Origin: an archaeon | GTDB taxonomy: Archaea > Nanobdellota > Nanobdellia > Pacearchaeales > GW2011-AR1 | Assembly (NCBI GenBank): GCA_043815245.1 | Contig: JBDRJD010000028.1 | Coordinates: 1 to 60,170, forward strand | Length of the DNA: 60,170 bases | Direction: 5' to 3' | Part shown: positions 1-9,810 of the stretch, in pieces | Position numbering within the stretch: position 1 is the first letter of the stretch | Layout of the letters: the number at the start of each line of letters is the position of its first letter | Position numbers and translations under genes: made by a program | The notes under the pieces: generated by a model | The model's input: the letters and a program-made list of their open reading frames with translations, nothing else | The model's database searches: none | What the model was told of the DNA's origin: nothing

Positions 1-2
1 AT

Positions 3-1388
3 ACAAATGATAATGATGGGTGCGATAGTAATTGTCAGTTTGCAATTCCTCCGAGTCCAGGTCCAGGACAGCCAATAGAAAATATTTATTATGTTGATAA
101 AGATTCAATTGGAGGAAGCTGTGATGATGGAAATATTGGAATTGAAAGTGAACCTTGGTGCACTGTTCAGCATGCAATGGCTACTTTACAAGCAGGGGAC
201 GCTGTTGTTGTTAGAGAAGGGGTTTATGATAATGCACCTCCAAGTCCTGCTTGCACGATTTCTTATACTGCATCGCCTCCTGCCTTATATCCTGTAAATG
301 ATGGGACAGAAACAAATCCAATATTAATTATGGGTTATCCGGGAGAGTTTCCAGTTTTTACATTTAGTGATCCTGCAGATTATGGTTGTAGAGTTATTGG
401 ATCGTCAAGCAATTCGTATATAATTATTCAAGGATTTTATGTAGATTATTCAAGATTAGCAGTAACAAATTCAGATAATATAATTGTTAGAGGGAATATT
501 GTAAACGGGAGAAATCTTAATTTTGATCAAAATGCTGGGGGAATTTTCTTTCAAAATGTTGTTTATTCCTTAGTTCAAAGCAATGAAGTATTTGGAGTTG
601 TTGGATCTTCAACTAATGAAGGATGTATACAAGTTTTTGATAGGGATCCTAGTGATTCTAGTTGGATTGGAACTTCAAGCAATGTATATGAAAATAATTA
701 TTTACATGATTGTGATGATTATGGGATTTATTTAAAACAATCTCCTTATGATGATGTAATAAGAAGAAATTGGGTAGAGAACATAAATAATAGAGGGATT
801 AATGTGGGGGGTCAGTTAGATTCTGAAAATATCTATATTTATGAAAACATTGTTATTGGTGGTTCTCCAGGAATAGTTCCTTATACAAGTAATGGTCAGA
901 CAGATTCAACCTTTATTTATAATAATTTAGTTATAGGGTCTGCAAATGGAATTGTTGCAGGAGCAACAGTTTATGATACTCAATTATGGAATAATATTGT
1001 TATGGACTCTGGAAGTAATGCTTTGAGTTATGCAGATGATTCTCCAATCTTTAGTTATTCAGATTATAATTTATTTTATAACTATAATAATTTTGCACGG
1101 CATGACTCTGTTGTTGATTCGGCAACACTAGGTGATTGGCAGACAAATCATAATTTAGACTTAAATTCTATAGAAGCCCAACCAATATTTTCAGATTTGG
1201 AATATCATCTGGATGTAATTAGTCCTGGAAAAGTAGCAGGAAGATATGGAGAAGATCTTGGTGCTTATCCGAGGGGTGGAATTTCAGAAAATGATTATAC
1301 TTTAATTGGAGCTGGTGATTTGAAAATTCCAGATGAACCAGGAACCTGCCAGATTACTAATGCATATTGGGAACTTAGAGAGTCTTAA
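3..1388 (+). CDS. Secreted/surface protein, 5'-truncated: Cys-rich repeat fragment plus right-handed parallel beta-helix (pectate-lyase-like) domain
   Basis: The frame is open from base 3 (TNDNDGCDSNCQF...YYVDKDSIGGSCDDGNIG...PWCTVQHA), so the track start at 177 is internal. Repeated beta-helix turns (NNYLHD, NIIV.GN, IYENIV, IYNNLV, LWNNIV). Confidence 0.75.
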   Translation, partial: TNDNDGCDSNCQFAIPPSPGPGQPIENIYYVDKDSIGGSCDDGNIGIESEPWCTVQHAMATLQAGDAVVVREGVYDNAPPSPACTISYTASPPALYPVNDGTETNPILIMGYPGEFPVFTFSDPADYGCRVIGSSSNSYIIIQGFYVDYSRLAVTNSDNIIVRGNIVNGRNLNFDQNAGGIFFQNVVYSLVQSNEVFGVVGSSTNEGCIQVFDRDPSDSSWIGTSSNVYENNYLHDCDDYGIYLKQSPYDDVIRRNWVENINNRGINVGGQLDSENIYIYENIVIGGSPGIVPYTSNGQTDSTFIYNNLVIGSANGIVAGATVYDTQLWNNIVMDSGSNALSYADDSPIFSYSDYNLFYNYNNFARHDSVVDSATLGDWQTNHNLDLNSIEAQPIFSDLEYHLDVISPGKVAGRYGEDLGAYPRGGISENDYTLIGAGDLKIPDEPGTCQITNAYWELRES

Positions 1389-2265
1389 ACTCCTCGATTT
1401 TATGCTTAGTATACTTCTGGATTAAACCCTTGGCCTCTTCAACATCTTCTTTTTTCTTTACAAGAGCGGTTGGCCCTGGCTGAAGAGGAATTATTTTTGT
1501 TCCTTTAGCCTTTTCAAGTATTTGATTTTCAGTGTGATTTTTCCCAAGAATAATCTCAGAATCTTTAAAATGGCGGCCGATTTTCAAAAGTTGAATGTCT
1601 TCTCCTGTTAATTTTTTGTTTAATATCGGTTTTAATTTTTTTACAAATTCTTTTTCACAAAGAAGACAGCCACCAGCAGGAGAAGGATAAGTAATTTTAT
1701 ATTTTTTTGCAAGTTCAATCTGCTTTTTTCTTGACCTGCCTTCAATATCAAGAAATTTTGCCCTATTAACTAAACCTCTCTTTTCTGCTTCTGTTTCTTG
1801 AAGTAATTTGGCTGAGAGGGGGCGGAGGATTTTCCCGCTTAATCCAACTTCTTTTTCTACAATAAGGAGAGCTTTTTTATGCTGACTTAGTGGCCGCTCT
1901 CCAAGAACCTCCCCAGTTGCAATAATCTCAATGCCTTGTTCTTTTGCATACCTTTTAGCCAACTTAAGAAGGAAGATTCTGCAATCAATGCAAGGATTTA
2001 ACCCAGAACCTCTTTTAAATTTAGGTTTTCTAATTATTTTTAAATAGTCTTGAAGATACTTGCCCTTAGTGGCATCAATTACTTTCATTTTAAGAAGTTC
2101 TTTTTGAGCAAAGTTTAGTGAACAGTGAGAGTTGCAGCATCCTGCCCCAAATGGAAGATCTACATAGAATAAAGTTACGTCTGTTTGTTCTTGGAGAAGC
2201 CTAGCTACTAATCTTGAATCTAGTCCTCCTGAAAAGAGGACTAAGCTTTTCGGTTTCTTGGCCAT
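1375..2265 (-). CDS. PP-loop ATPase, ThiI/MnmA-like tRNA sulfurtransferase
   Basis: SGGLDS PP-loop, NPCIDCRI, ATGEVLGERPLSQ, PAGGCLL and a C-terminal LLKIGRHF motif. Confidence 0.7.
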   Translation of the reverse strand: MAKKPKSLVLFSGGLDSRLVARLLQEQTDVTLFYVDLPFGAGCCNSHCSLNFAQKELLKMKVIDATKGKYLQDYLKIIRKPKFKRGSGLNPCIDCRIFLLKLAKRYAKEQGIEIIATGEVLGERPLSQHKKALLIVEKEVGLSGKILRPLSAKLLQETEAEKRGLVNRAKFLDIEGRSRKKQIELAKKYKITYPSPAGGCLLCEKEFVKKLKPILNKKLTGEDIQLLKIGRHFKDSEIILGKNHTENQILEKAKGTKIIPLQPGPTALVKKKEDVEEAKGLIQKYTKHKIEEFKTL

Positions 2266-2289
2266 CCATTTAGTAGAATTATCTCACTT

Positions 2290-2691
2290 TTAAACTATTC
2301 CTAGCTTTTCAGCGTCTTTATAGTATCCACAGTGTTCAAAATCAAAATTAAATAATATCATAAATTCTTCTAGATCTGCCTTTCTAGCTCTAACTTTCTT
2401 TAAGGCCTTATACACCATCTCAGTAAAACAGTAAGGGCAGAGGAAAGCTCGGTCGGAGTTGCAAGCTATGCATTTTACAGAATTCCCGAGCTTCCGTGCC
2501 CCCAAGATTTTTTTAATTTCATTTTCCACAAAGTTGCTCATCTTTGTTGGTTTATTTTCCAGCCATGCCTCTATCCCCCTTGATAAACAAAAGGGACAAA
2601 GAGGATTATGAATAGGTTCGCGACATTCCAGACATAACGCATCAAAATTTGTTATTGACATTTTAGAATTGATCCTTCTTATACCCGACAA
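2290..2691 (-). CDS. Hypothetical Zn-binding protein (start possibly ATG 2661)
   Basis: Four CxxC motifs (CLEC, CPFC, CIAC, CPYC). Confidence 0.55.
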   Translation of the reverse strand: MSGIRRINSKMSITNFDALCLECREPIHNPLCPFCLSRGIEAWLENKPTKMSNFVENEIKKILGARKLGNSVKCIACNSDRAFLCPYCFTEMVYKALKKVRARKADLEEFMILFNFDFEHCGYYKDAEKLGIV

Positions 2692-2908
2692 AAAACCAAA
2701 AAGAGATTAGTTGTGAATATTAGAAGGAAATCGGATTGAATTTAGTTGAACCACAGACATACTTCACACTAATCAGTGTAGAATTCCAAATCGCTCTCTT
2801 TTGTATGTCTGCTATCATGCCAATTATAGTAAAAGGGGATTTATATATTTTACGTATATATTTTTGTTAAGGTAAACTTTTAAGAATGTAGCTGATTTTT
2901 ATTGCGCT

Positions 2909-3478
2909 ATGGGGGACTTAAAATATAAAGAAGTGGAGTTAAAATTTCCTTTATTAAACTATAAGGAACTAAAGGAGAAGCTAGAATCAACTGCTAAACT
3001 TGAAGAGAAGAATGATTTTCAAAAAGATACTTATTATGACCTTCCACACAGGAGCTTTTTAATCAAGAGGCCCATTTCAGAATGGCTAAGATTAAGGAAG
3101 TCTAATAGGGGATTTAGCCTTAATTATAAGAAATGGCATAATGAAAGTGAAAATGAAGCGGTTTCTTGTGATGAATTTGAAACAAAAGTAGAGGATGTTG
3201 TGGCCCTCAAGAAGCTTTTTAAAAATCTCGATTTTAAAGAACTAGTTGTAGTTGAGAAGATCAGAAGTGTTTGGGATTACGAAAATACAGAAATAGCAAT
3301 TGATGAAGTTAAGAGGCTAGGAAATTTTATTGAGATCGAGGCTAAGGGTAATTTCTCGGATATTGAAGGAGCAAAGAAACATTTATATTCAGTTCTTATG
3401 AAAATTGGAGCTAAAGTGGGGGAGCAAGACTTTGAAGGCTATCCTTACTTATTATTAAAAAAGAATAAACTTTTGTAA
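2909..3478 (+). CDS. cyaB: CYTH-domain protein (class IV adenylate cyclase/triphosphatase-like)
   Basis: N-terminal EVELK, Q.DTYY, WLRLR, DEV..LG.FIEIE, and C-terminal GYP motifs. Confidence 0.8.
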   Translation: MGDLKYKEVELKFPLLNYKELKEKLESTAKLEEKNDFQKDTYYDLPHRSFLIKRPISEWLRLRKSNRGFSLNYKKWHNESENEAVSCDEFETKVEDVVALKKLFKNLDFKELVVVEKIRSVWDYENTEIAIDEVKRLGNFIEIEAKGNFSDIEGAKKHLYSVLMKIGAKVGEQDFEGYPYLLLKKNKLL

Positions 3479-3516
3479 ATATTAAGCTTTAAATATAGAC
3501 TTTATTTAATACAGTT

Positions 3517-4437
3517 ATGGCATCTAAAGAAAAAAGTTATGATGTATTAATTCTTGGAGCTGGTGCTGCAGGCTTGTCGGCTGCAATTTACACTGGGAGA
3601 TATGGATTAAAAGCAGCGGTGATAGCAAGAAAAGTGGGAGGAATGCTAAATAATTATGATAAGATTGAGAACTACCCTGGTTTTGAGGGAAGCACATCTG
3701 AGTTATTTAAGACTATGCACAAACAAGCTGAGAAGTTTGGGGCAAAATTTATAGAAGAGGAGATAGAAGGAGTTAGTCGAGAAAAAAAGGAGTTTATTGT
3801 TAAAACAAGTAGGGGGAAAATTAAAGGAAAGGCGGTTGTAATCGCCTTGGGGGCGGAAAGGAATAAACTTGGAGTTAAAGGTGAAAATAAGTATACTGGG
3901 AAGGGTGTGAGTTATTGCGCTACTTGTGATTCTGCATTTTTTAGAGAAAAAAACGTGGCGGTCATTGGGGGAGGGGATGCGGCTTGTGAAGCTGTGGAGA
4001 TTTTAGATAAGTTTGCAAAGAAGATATATCTGATTTATAGGGGGGATTCTTTGAAGTGTGAGAAGATTACGAGAGAGAAGATTAGCAAGAATAAAAAAGT
4101 GGAGCTTATTATGGATGCAGTTCCAGCTGAGATTAAAGGTAAGGAGATGGTAAATGAACTGGTTATTAAACAGGATAACAAGAGCAGACCCTTGAAAGTT
4201 GAAGGGGTTTTTATTGAGATAGGAAGCGCTCCAATTGTAACAATTGCTCAGGATTTAAATTTGGAAGTAGATGAGAATAATTATTTAATTATAGATGAAG
4301 AGATGAAAACTAATCTTTCTGGAGTTTTTGGAGCTGGAGATGCTATTAAGAGTAAGATGAAACAGGTAGTTGTTTCTGCTGCGCAGGGGGCATTGGCAGC
4401 TAGGGGTGCGCACCAGTTTATTGAGTTCAATAGTTAG
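3517..4437 (+). CDS. trxB: Thioredoxin-disulfide reductase
   Basis: GAGAAG FAD motif, SYCATCD redox centre, GGGDAA NADPH motif, GVFGAGD. Confidence 0.9.
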   Translation: MASKEKSYDVLILGAGAAGLSAAIYTGRYGLKAAVIARKVGGMLNNYDKIENYPGFEGSTSELFKTMHKQAEKFGAKFIEEEIEGVSREKKEFIVKTSRGKIKGKAVVIALGAERNKLGVKGENKYTGKGVSYCATCDSAFFREKNVAVIGGGDAACEAVEILDKFAKKIYLIYRGDSLKCEKITREKISKNKKVELIMDAVPAEIKGKEMVNELVIKQDNKSRPLKVEGVFIEIGSAPIVTIAQDLNLEVDENNYLIIDEEMKTNLSGVFGAGDAIKSKMKQVVVSAAQGALAARGAHQFIEFNS

Positions 4438-4459
4438 TTTTTTAAATATTGAATTAATT

Positions 4460-4536
4460 CTCTCAACATGAAAATCGGAGATTTTCAAACATTGAAAATT
4501 TAAAAATTAAAGAAAAATTTCCAATATCATGAAAAT
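4460..4536. repeat. Two-hairpin micro-insert flanked by 9-bp direct repeat CATGAAAAT (4467-4475 and 4528-4536)
   Basis: Hairpin TGAAAATC-GGA-GATTTTCA, then an imperfect ATTGAAAATTT/AAATTTCCAAT hairpin. The second direct repeat contains the pheA ATG. Confidence 0.6.
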
Positions 4537-5365
4537 AGCTTACTTGGGCCCTGAAAAAACCTTTACTGAAAAAGCAACTAGGGAGCTTTTTCCAAATGAT
4601 GACTTAGTGGCAATGCAGCCAATTAGGAAAGCTATACTGGCTGTTGAAAATGGAGAGGTGGACATGGGGGTTGTTCCAATTGAAAATTTTTATAATGGGG
4701 AAGTAAGAGAAACCTTAGATACTTTAACTGAGTGTTCTAAGGCAAAAATAGTTCAAGAAAAGGCCATGACAATTGTATTATGTTTGGGAGCATTAGAAAG
4801 CCACGGAGAGATAAAAAGGATTTTATCTAAAGATCAGGCAATAGAACAGTCAAGTCGGCATTTAAGCGAAAAATATCCCAATACACAAACAATGGCTGTC
4901 CCTAGTACTGCAGAAGCTGCAATTATGATTAAAAGGGAAAATCTAAATGATGCTGCTGCAATTGCTTCTGAAAGCGCATTAGTTGAAGCGGGTTTTAAAA
5001 TTATTGATAAAGATATTTGCCCAAATAATAAGACAAGATTTGCAGTTTTAAGTAGAGAAAAAACTAAGCCTACTGGAGATGACAAGACTTTTTTGGCAAT
5101 TCATCCTCCAATAAGCGATAAGCCCGGAGTTTTGTATAGTAGTTTAAAGGTTTTTGCGGAATTAAATATAAATTTAGAGTTAATCATGTCAAGGCCAGAT
5201 GGAAAAAAGGCCTATTTCTTTTATCTTGAGTTAGACGGGTATGAAGATGACGAAAATATAAAAATGGCAGTTAACAATCTAAGATTATATCTTGACCCAG
5301 AAAATAAATATTCGGATACAGTAAAAATTCTTGGAAGTTATCCTAATTCCCATTGGAAAAACTAG
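4529..5365 (+). CDS. pheA: Prephenate dehydratase with ACT domain
   Basis: YLGPEKTFTE, GVVPIENFYNGEV, NKTRFAVL, ACT motifs DKPGVL, IMSRP, FFYLE. Confidence 0.9.
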   Translation: MKIAYLGPEKTFTEKATRELFPNDDLVAMQPIRKAILAVENGEVDMGVVPIENFYNGEVRETLDTLTECSKAKIVQEKAMTIVLCLGALESHGEIKRILSKDQAIEQSSRHLSEKYPNTQTMAVPSTAEAAIMIKRENLNDAAAIASESALVEAGFKIIDKDICPNNKTRFAVLSREKTKPTGDDKTFLAIHPPISDKPGVLYSSLKVFAELNINLELIMSRPDGKKAYFFYLELDGYEDDENIKMAVNNLRLYLDPENKYSDTVKILGSYPNSHWKN

Positions 5366-5366
5366 C

Positions 5367-6155
5367 ATGAAAATCAATATTATAGGTGGAAGTGGAATTA
5401 TGGGGAGTGTCCATAAACCTTTATTTGAAAATGCAGGGCATGAGGTGATTATCTCTGGTAGGGGATCTGAAATAAGTATGGAAGACGCTGCAGAACAGGC
5501 AGATCTGACAATTGTGAGCGTACCCATTTCTGTAACTGAAGATGTGATAAAGAAAGTTGCCCCGAATTGCAAGGCAATTATGGATTTCACTGGATTAAAG
5601 GTATTTCCAATAGAAGCTATGTTAAAATACACGGAAGGGGGGTGTGAGGTGGCGGGATTGCATCCCATGTACGGAAAGGTAGACTCAATTAAAGGAAGGA
5701 ATGTAGTTTATTGCAGGACTTCGAGAACTGGAGAAAAATGTGAAAAGATAGTTAAGGTTATAGAGGACGCGGGTGCCAAAATAATAGAAATGTCACCAAA
5801 AAAACATGATTTAATTGTTTCTGCATTAGGCCAGAATATTAGGGCTGAGATAGTGGAGGCGTATGCACTTTTAATGGAAGATTATGATATAAACGCAGAG
5901 GAAATGTATGGAATTGCTTCCCCTTTAAACAAGATAATCTTAGATGCAATTGCAAGACAGATAAATCCAAAAAATGATGGTATGTATAGGGAAATGAGAG
6001 AGTTCAATCAGTATGATAAAGAAGTTAAAGAAAAGTTTTTGAAAAATCTTGAAAAAGTAAATGAAAAAGATGTTCCTGAGAGAATCAGAAAATTATTTGG
6101 AAATAAACTAGAGGAAGCGCAGGAAAGAGCAAAAAAATATGCTGACATAAAATGA
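5367..6155 (+). CDS. tyrA: Prephenate/arogenate dehydrogenase
   Basis: IIGGSGIMG Rossmann motif, DFTGLK, GLHPMYG, HD in the dimerisation region. ATG at 5367 directly follows the pheA stop. Confidence 0.8.
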   Translation: MKINIIGGSGIMGSVHKPLFENAGHEVIISGRGSEISMEDAAEQADLTIVSVPISVTEDVIKKVAPNCKAIMDFTGLKVFPIEAMLKYTEGGCEVAGLHPMYGKVDSIKGRNVVYCRTSRTGEKCEKIVKVIEDAGAKIIEMSPKKHDLIVSALGQNIRAEIVEAYALLMEDYDINAEEMYGIASPLNKIILDAIARQINPKNDGMYREMREFNQYDKEVKEKFLKNLEKVNEKDVPERIRKLFGNKLEEAQERAKKYADIK

Positions 6156-6835
6156 TAATTGATATAGCGGACTTAAGGATTAGAATAAACCAGATTAATG
6201 AAAGGATAATCTCTGGATTAAAGGATAGATCGAGATATAAGTTGAATAAAGATATCTTTAGTGAGGAATTTTCCAGTGGAATGACCTGGTTTGAATATAG
6301 GCTGAAAAAAGAGCAGGACTTGGATTCTGAGTTTGGAAGGTTTGAGTTTCCAGATCAGTCTCCAATAGTGTTTAAGAAAGAGGAGTTAACTAGCCCCAGA
6401 AAACAGAGGATTATTCCTGAGACTGAAGTGAAAATGCTTAGTTTTGATATTGGGAAAGAGATAATTGAATTTTACAAAGAAATTCTTCCTGAGTTGTGCA
6501 GTGAAGGTGAAGAAAGTGAAAGTTATGGGGAGATAGCTAAGCTGGATGTTAGTAATATTCTACTTTTTAGTGAGCGAATAAGTGGTATTGGGAAGTGTGT
6601 GGCTCAGGCTAAATTACAGAAAAATCCTGGATTAAAGGACTTGCAAGACGAAGAGCAGATTAAAGGCATCTTAGCTGACCTTTCAAGAGAAAGAGAGGTG
6701 ATAGACGAAGCTAAAAGAATTGCTGAGAAGTATGAATTAAAAAATCCTGGATTAGTTGAGAAGATTTTCAAGAAGATAATTGAGCTCAATACTAAAATGC
6801 AAGTTGAGTATGTGAGAAGCTTTTTAAACTCCTAA
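6152..6835 (+). CDS. Monofunctional chorismate mutase, yeast/plant (Aro7-like) type
   Basis: DLRIRI, GRFEFPDQSP, YGEIAKLD...SERISGIGKCVAQAK and TKMQVEY parallel yeast Aro7 (NIRDEL, RRFESPDETP, FGSVATRD...SRRIHFGKFVAEAK, EVEVEY). ATGA overlap with tyrA. Confidence 0.75.
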   Translation: MIIDIADLRIRINQINERIISGLKDRSRYKLNKDIFSEEFSSGMTWFEYRLKKEQDLDSEFGRFEFPDQSPIVFKKEELTSPRKQRIIPETEVKMLSFDIGKEIIEFYKEILPELCSEGEESESYGEIAKLDVSNILLFSERISGIGKCVAQAKLQKNPGLKDLQDEEQIKGILADLSREREVIDEAKRIAEKYELKNPGLVEKIFKKIIELNTKMQVEYVRSFLNS

Positions 6836-6883
6836 ATTGTGCTATCTTTAACCCGGTAGAAAGAGTTCTGAGCAAGATTTAAA

Positions 6884-7609
6884 ATGATTGAAACACCAAC
6901 ACTAACTAAAGGAAGAATAGAAGCTGCAAAAAAATATCAAGGCCATCCTGTAGTTAAAGAGTTTAGGAGAATGAGAAATTACCTTTGTGCAGCTGAAGAA
7001 GCTTATGATATTTTAGAGGAGGAAGAGTTAAAAGAAAGAGTAATTGAAGCTACAGGTATGGTAATTGCTGAAAATTTAAAGAGTGTTGAAATATCCAATA
7101 TGGGAGAAGAAGATATTATTTCTATTTGGAGCTGGGTTTGTAATGAGAGTTCTGGAATTGTGCCAGCATTAAGGCACAGATTATCTTCTATTATTCCTGC
7201 AGTGTATGCAATTAGAGGTATGGAATATTCGGACTGGGGGTTTGTACCTATTCAAGTAGCTCAGACAAACACATTGCCTGAAGAGTGTTTACAAGATACA
7301 GTTAATGCTTGCAGATTTTACTCAAAATTACAAGAAGTTTACCAAAGCATTGATGAAATAGAGTTTTATACAAAAGGAATTAGGGGAGGATTTACTGCTT
7401 TAGGGGATTTAACAAAAAAAGCTTACCGAGAGGATGACAAAGAAGCATTAGCTGAAATTGGAAGACTTGAACAATGGTCAAGTGAGCATGAAGATGATTT
7501 GCTAGGAACAATTGAAGAAAATTTTAATAATGGTTTGGGTGGATTGATTGGATATATTAAGAGACATTATATAGAGAAAATAGAAGATTCTACATCTTCT
7601 CAAGAATAG
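6884..7609 (+). CDS. Hypothetical protein
   Basis: 241-aa ORF with host-like composition and no recognised motif. Confidence 0.55.
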   Translation: MIETPTLTKGRIEAAKKYQGHPVVKEFRRMRNYLCAAEEAYDILEEEELKERVIEATGMVIAENLKSVEISNMGEEDIISIWSWVCNESSGIVPALRHRLSSIIPAVYAIRGMEYSDWGFVPIQVAQTNTLPEECLQDTVNACRFYSKLQEVYQSIDEIEFYTKGIRGGFTALGDLTKKAYREDDKEALAEIGRLEQWSSEHEDDLLGTIEENFNNGLGGLIGYIKRHYIEKIEDSTSSQE

Positions 7610-8495
7610 CAATTCGCTTCTCAATTGGGGGGTGAGTAGAAAATAATCCTTGGACTTTCTTTCTATAAGGATCTGACATAAATAAAGGGGCGACTGCTTT
7701 GTTGATTTTGCGTTTTTCTTGTTCAGAGACGTGCTCAGATTGAATCTTCTTTAAAGCTGATTTTAGTCCTGGTGGGTATCTAGTAAACTTTACTGCAGAA
7801 GCATCAGCTGCAAATTCTCTTTTTCTAGATATTGCAAAGCTGACAAGATTAGCCACAAGTGGAGCTAAAATCGCAAGTATAATCCCAATTAAAAGCAAGA
7901 TTGCACCACCTTTACTATCTCTATCTCTGCTACCACCTGAATACCATAGGCTTCTTAAGAATATTTGAGAGAAAATTGCGATCATCCCCACTAGGACTGC
8001 AGTAAGAGTCATAAAACGTATATCATAATTTGCAATGTGACTTAGTTCGTGACCTATAACTCCTTCAAGCTCTTGTTTATTAAGCTTTTTTATAGCGCCA
8101 GTTGTAACGCAAATTACTGCATGCTCTGGATCACGGCCAGAAGCAAAGGCATTTATTTGTTCATTTTCCATAATGTAAATCTTTGGCATTGGCAGGCCAG
8201 AGGCAATTGTAAGTCCCTCTACTGCATGGAATAACTGCCTGTGTTCTGTGCTAGAAGCAAGTTTTGCGCGAACTGAAGCTATTGCAATCTTATCTGAGTT
8301 ATAATAACCTGTGATTACATAAATCATTGAGATTATAATAGAAAAAATCATGATTACAAAGAAGTAGCCTGGGTCAAGAGCCATTGAAATTACAAAACCC
8401 ACAATTATAAAGAAGACTACAATTGAGATTATTAGCAGCACTGACTTAATCTTATTTCTCTGAATTTGATCGTGAAAAGATACTCTTTTTTCCAT
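7590..8495 (-). CDS. htpX: M48 family Zn metalloprotease HtpX
   Basis: INAFASG, HELSH, SRKREFAAD, STHPP; TM segments. Confidence 0.9.
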   Translation of the reverse strand: MEKRVSFHDQIQRNKIKSVLLIISIVVFFIIVGFVISMALDPGYFFVIMIFSIIISMIYVITGYYNSDKIAIASVRAKLASSTEHRQLFHAVEGLTIASGLPMPKIYIMENEQINAFASGRDPEHAVICVTTGAIKKLNKQELEGVIGHELSHIANYDIRFMTLTAVLVGMIAIFSQIFLRSLWYSGGSRDRDSKGGAILLLIGIILAILAPLVANLVSFAISRKREFAADASAVKFTRYPPGLKSALKKIQSEHVSEQEKRKINKAVAPLFMSDPYRKKVQGLFSTHPPIEKRIAILEKM

Positions 8496-8569
8496 TATTA
8501 ATTGTAGATTTTACTGTATTTAAAATTAGCTAACATGCGCTCCACCATCCCCCAAAACATTATTAATAC

Positions 8570-9175
8570 TTAACTAAGAGATTTCAAAACATCTTCAGTG
8601 ACTTTCTCAATTGACTGCTGTCCATTAATCTTAATTGAGTCATACTCTGACAGAATTGGCTCTGTCTGTTCATGATAGACTTTTAATCTTTGTCTAATTG
8701 GTGCTTCGTTATCATCTGTTCTTCTTACAAGCCTGCCGCCACAGAAATCACACTTTCCTTTAACTTTAGGAGGATTAGTAATCTCATTAAAAACAGCAGC
8801 GCATAACTCGCAGGTAACTCTTGAGGTTAATCTACGAACCGCTTCATCATCAGAAATTGAAATTTCAATAACTTTATCTATAGAAGTAATTTTTTCAAGC
8901 TCTTTGACTTGCTCTAAATTTCTTGGAAAGCCGTCTAGGATAAATCCCTCTTTACAGTCTTTTTGGTTAATTCTTCGTTGGATTAATTCTAAAACAATTT
9001 CTGAAGGAGCAAGCATTCCTTTAGAAGTGTATTCTTCAATTTTCTCCTTTAATTCACCTGTAGCATTTCTTAACAAATCTCCTGAAGAAATATGGGGAAT
9101 TTTAAGCTTAGAGGCAATTATCTTTCCCTGAGTTCCTTTTCCTGAAGCTTGGGGACCTACAAAAACTAACTTCAT
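8570..9175 (-). CDS. adk: Adenylate kinase (bacterial-type, Zn lid)
   Basis: GPQASGKGTQ P-loop, HISSGDLLR, GFILDGFPR, lid CELC...CDFC, R.DD. Start set at ATG 9175. Confidence 0.9.
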   Translation of the reverse strand: MKLVFVGPQASGKGTQGKIIASKLKIPHISSGDLLRNATGELKEKIEEYTSKGMLAPSEIVLELIQRRINQKDCKEGFILDGFPRNLEQVKELEKITSIDKVIEISISDDEAVRRLTSRVTCELCAAVFNEITNPPKVKGKCDFCGGRLVRRTDDNEAPIRQRLKVYHEQTEPILSEYDSIKINGQQSIEKVTEDVLKSLS

Positions 9176-9176
9176 T

Positions 9177-9737
9177 TTAAAAATCAATTTTAGGCACTGC
9201 TCTAGATGCTTCTGGTATTTTTAAGAATTCTCTTTCTTTTTTACCAAAAATACTTGCAAACATAACCCCTGGAAAAGTCTTTACTGAGTTGTTATATGAA
9301 AGAATTGAATCATTGTAAAACTGCCTTGAGTAAGCTATCTTATCTTCTATTGCAGATAATTCCTGCTGAAGATGAAGGAAATTTTCATTTGCCTTTAAAT
9401 TAGGATAGTTTTCTGCTATTGCGAATATGCTTTTTAATGCGGTTTGAAGCTGGTTTCCTGCTTTCATTTTAGAAGAAATATCTTTTGCAGAAAGTAATGC
9501 TTTTCTTGCATTAGTTACTTCTGTGATGACTTTTTTCTCGTGTTTCATGTAACCTTTTACAGAAGCTAACAAATTTGGAACTAAATCAGCTCTTTTCCTA
9601 AGCTGAACATCAATCTGACTTAAAGAATTATCAATTCTATTGCCGAGAACTACAAATCTGTTAAAGTAGTAAATAAGCATGATTACAACAAGTAAGATAA
9701 TAATTGCTATCACCCAAAGAATGATTCCTATGACCAT
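9177..9737 (-). CDS. lemA: LemA family protein
   Basis: N-terminal TM, IDVQLRKRADLVPNL, AENYPNLKAN.NF, RQFYND, FP..+FA. Confidence 0.9.
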   Translation of the reverse strand: MVIGIILWVIAIIILLVVIMLIYYFNRFVVLGNRIDNSLSQIDVQLRKRADLVPNLLASVKGYMKHEKKVITEVTNARKALLSAKDISSKMKAGNQLQTALKSIFAIAENYPNLKANENFLHLQQELSAIEDKIAYSRQFYNDSILSYNNSVKTFPGVMFASIFGKKEREFLKIPEASRAVPKIDF

Positions 9738-9810
9738 GACTAAAGAAATAAAGGATGGTTTATAAAGGTTTCCGAAAAAGATTTAAATAATCCCTCTCAA
9801 AAGTTGATAT

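Noticed and set aside
2720-2818. 32-codon minus-strand ORF MIADIQKR...
   Set aside because: Too short, with no motif; it may just be the leader of the Zn-binding gene.
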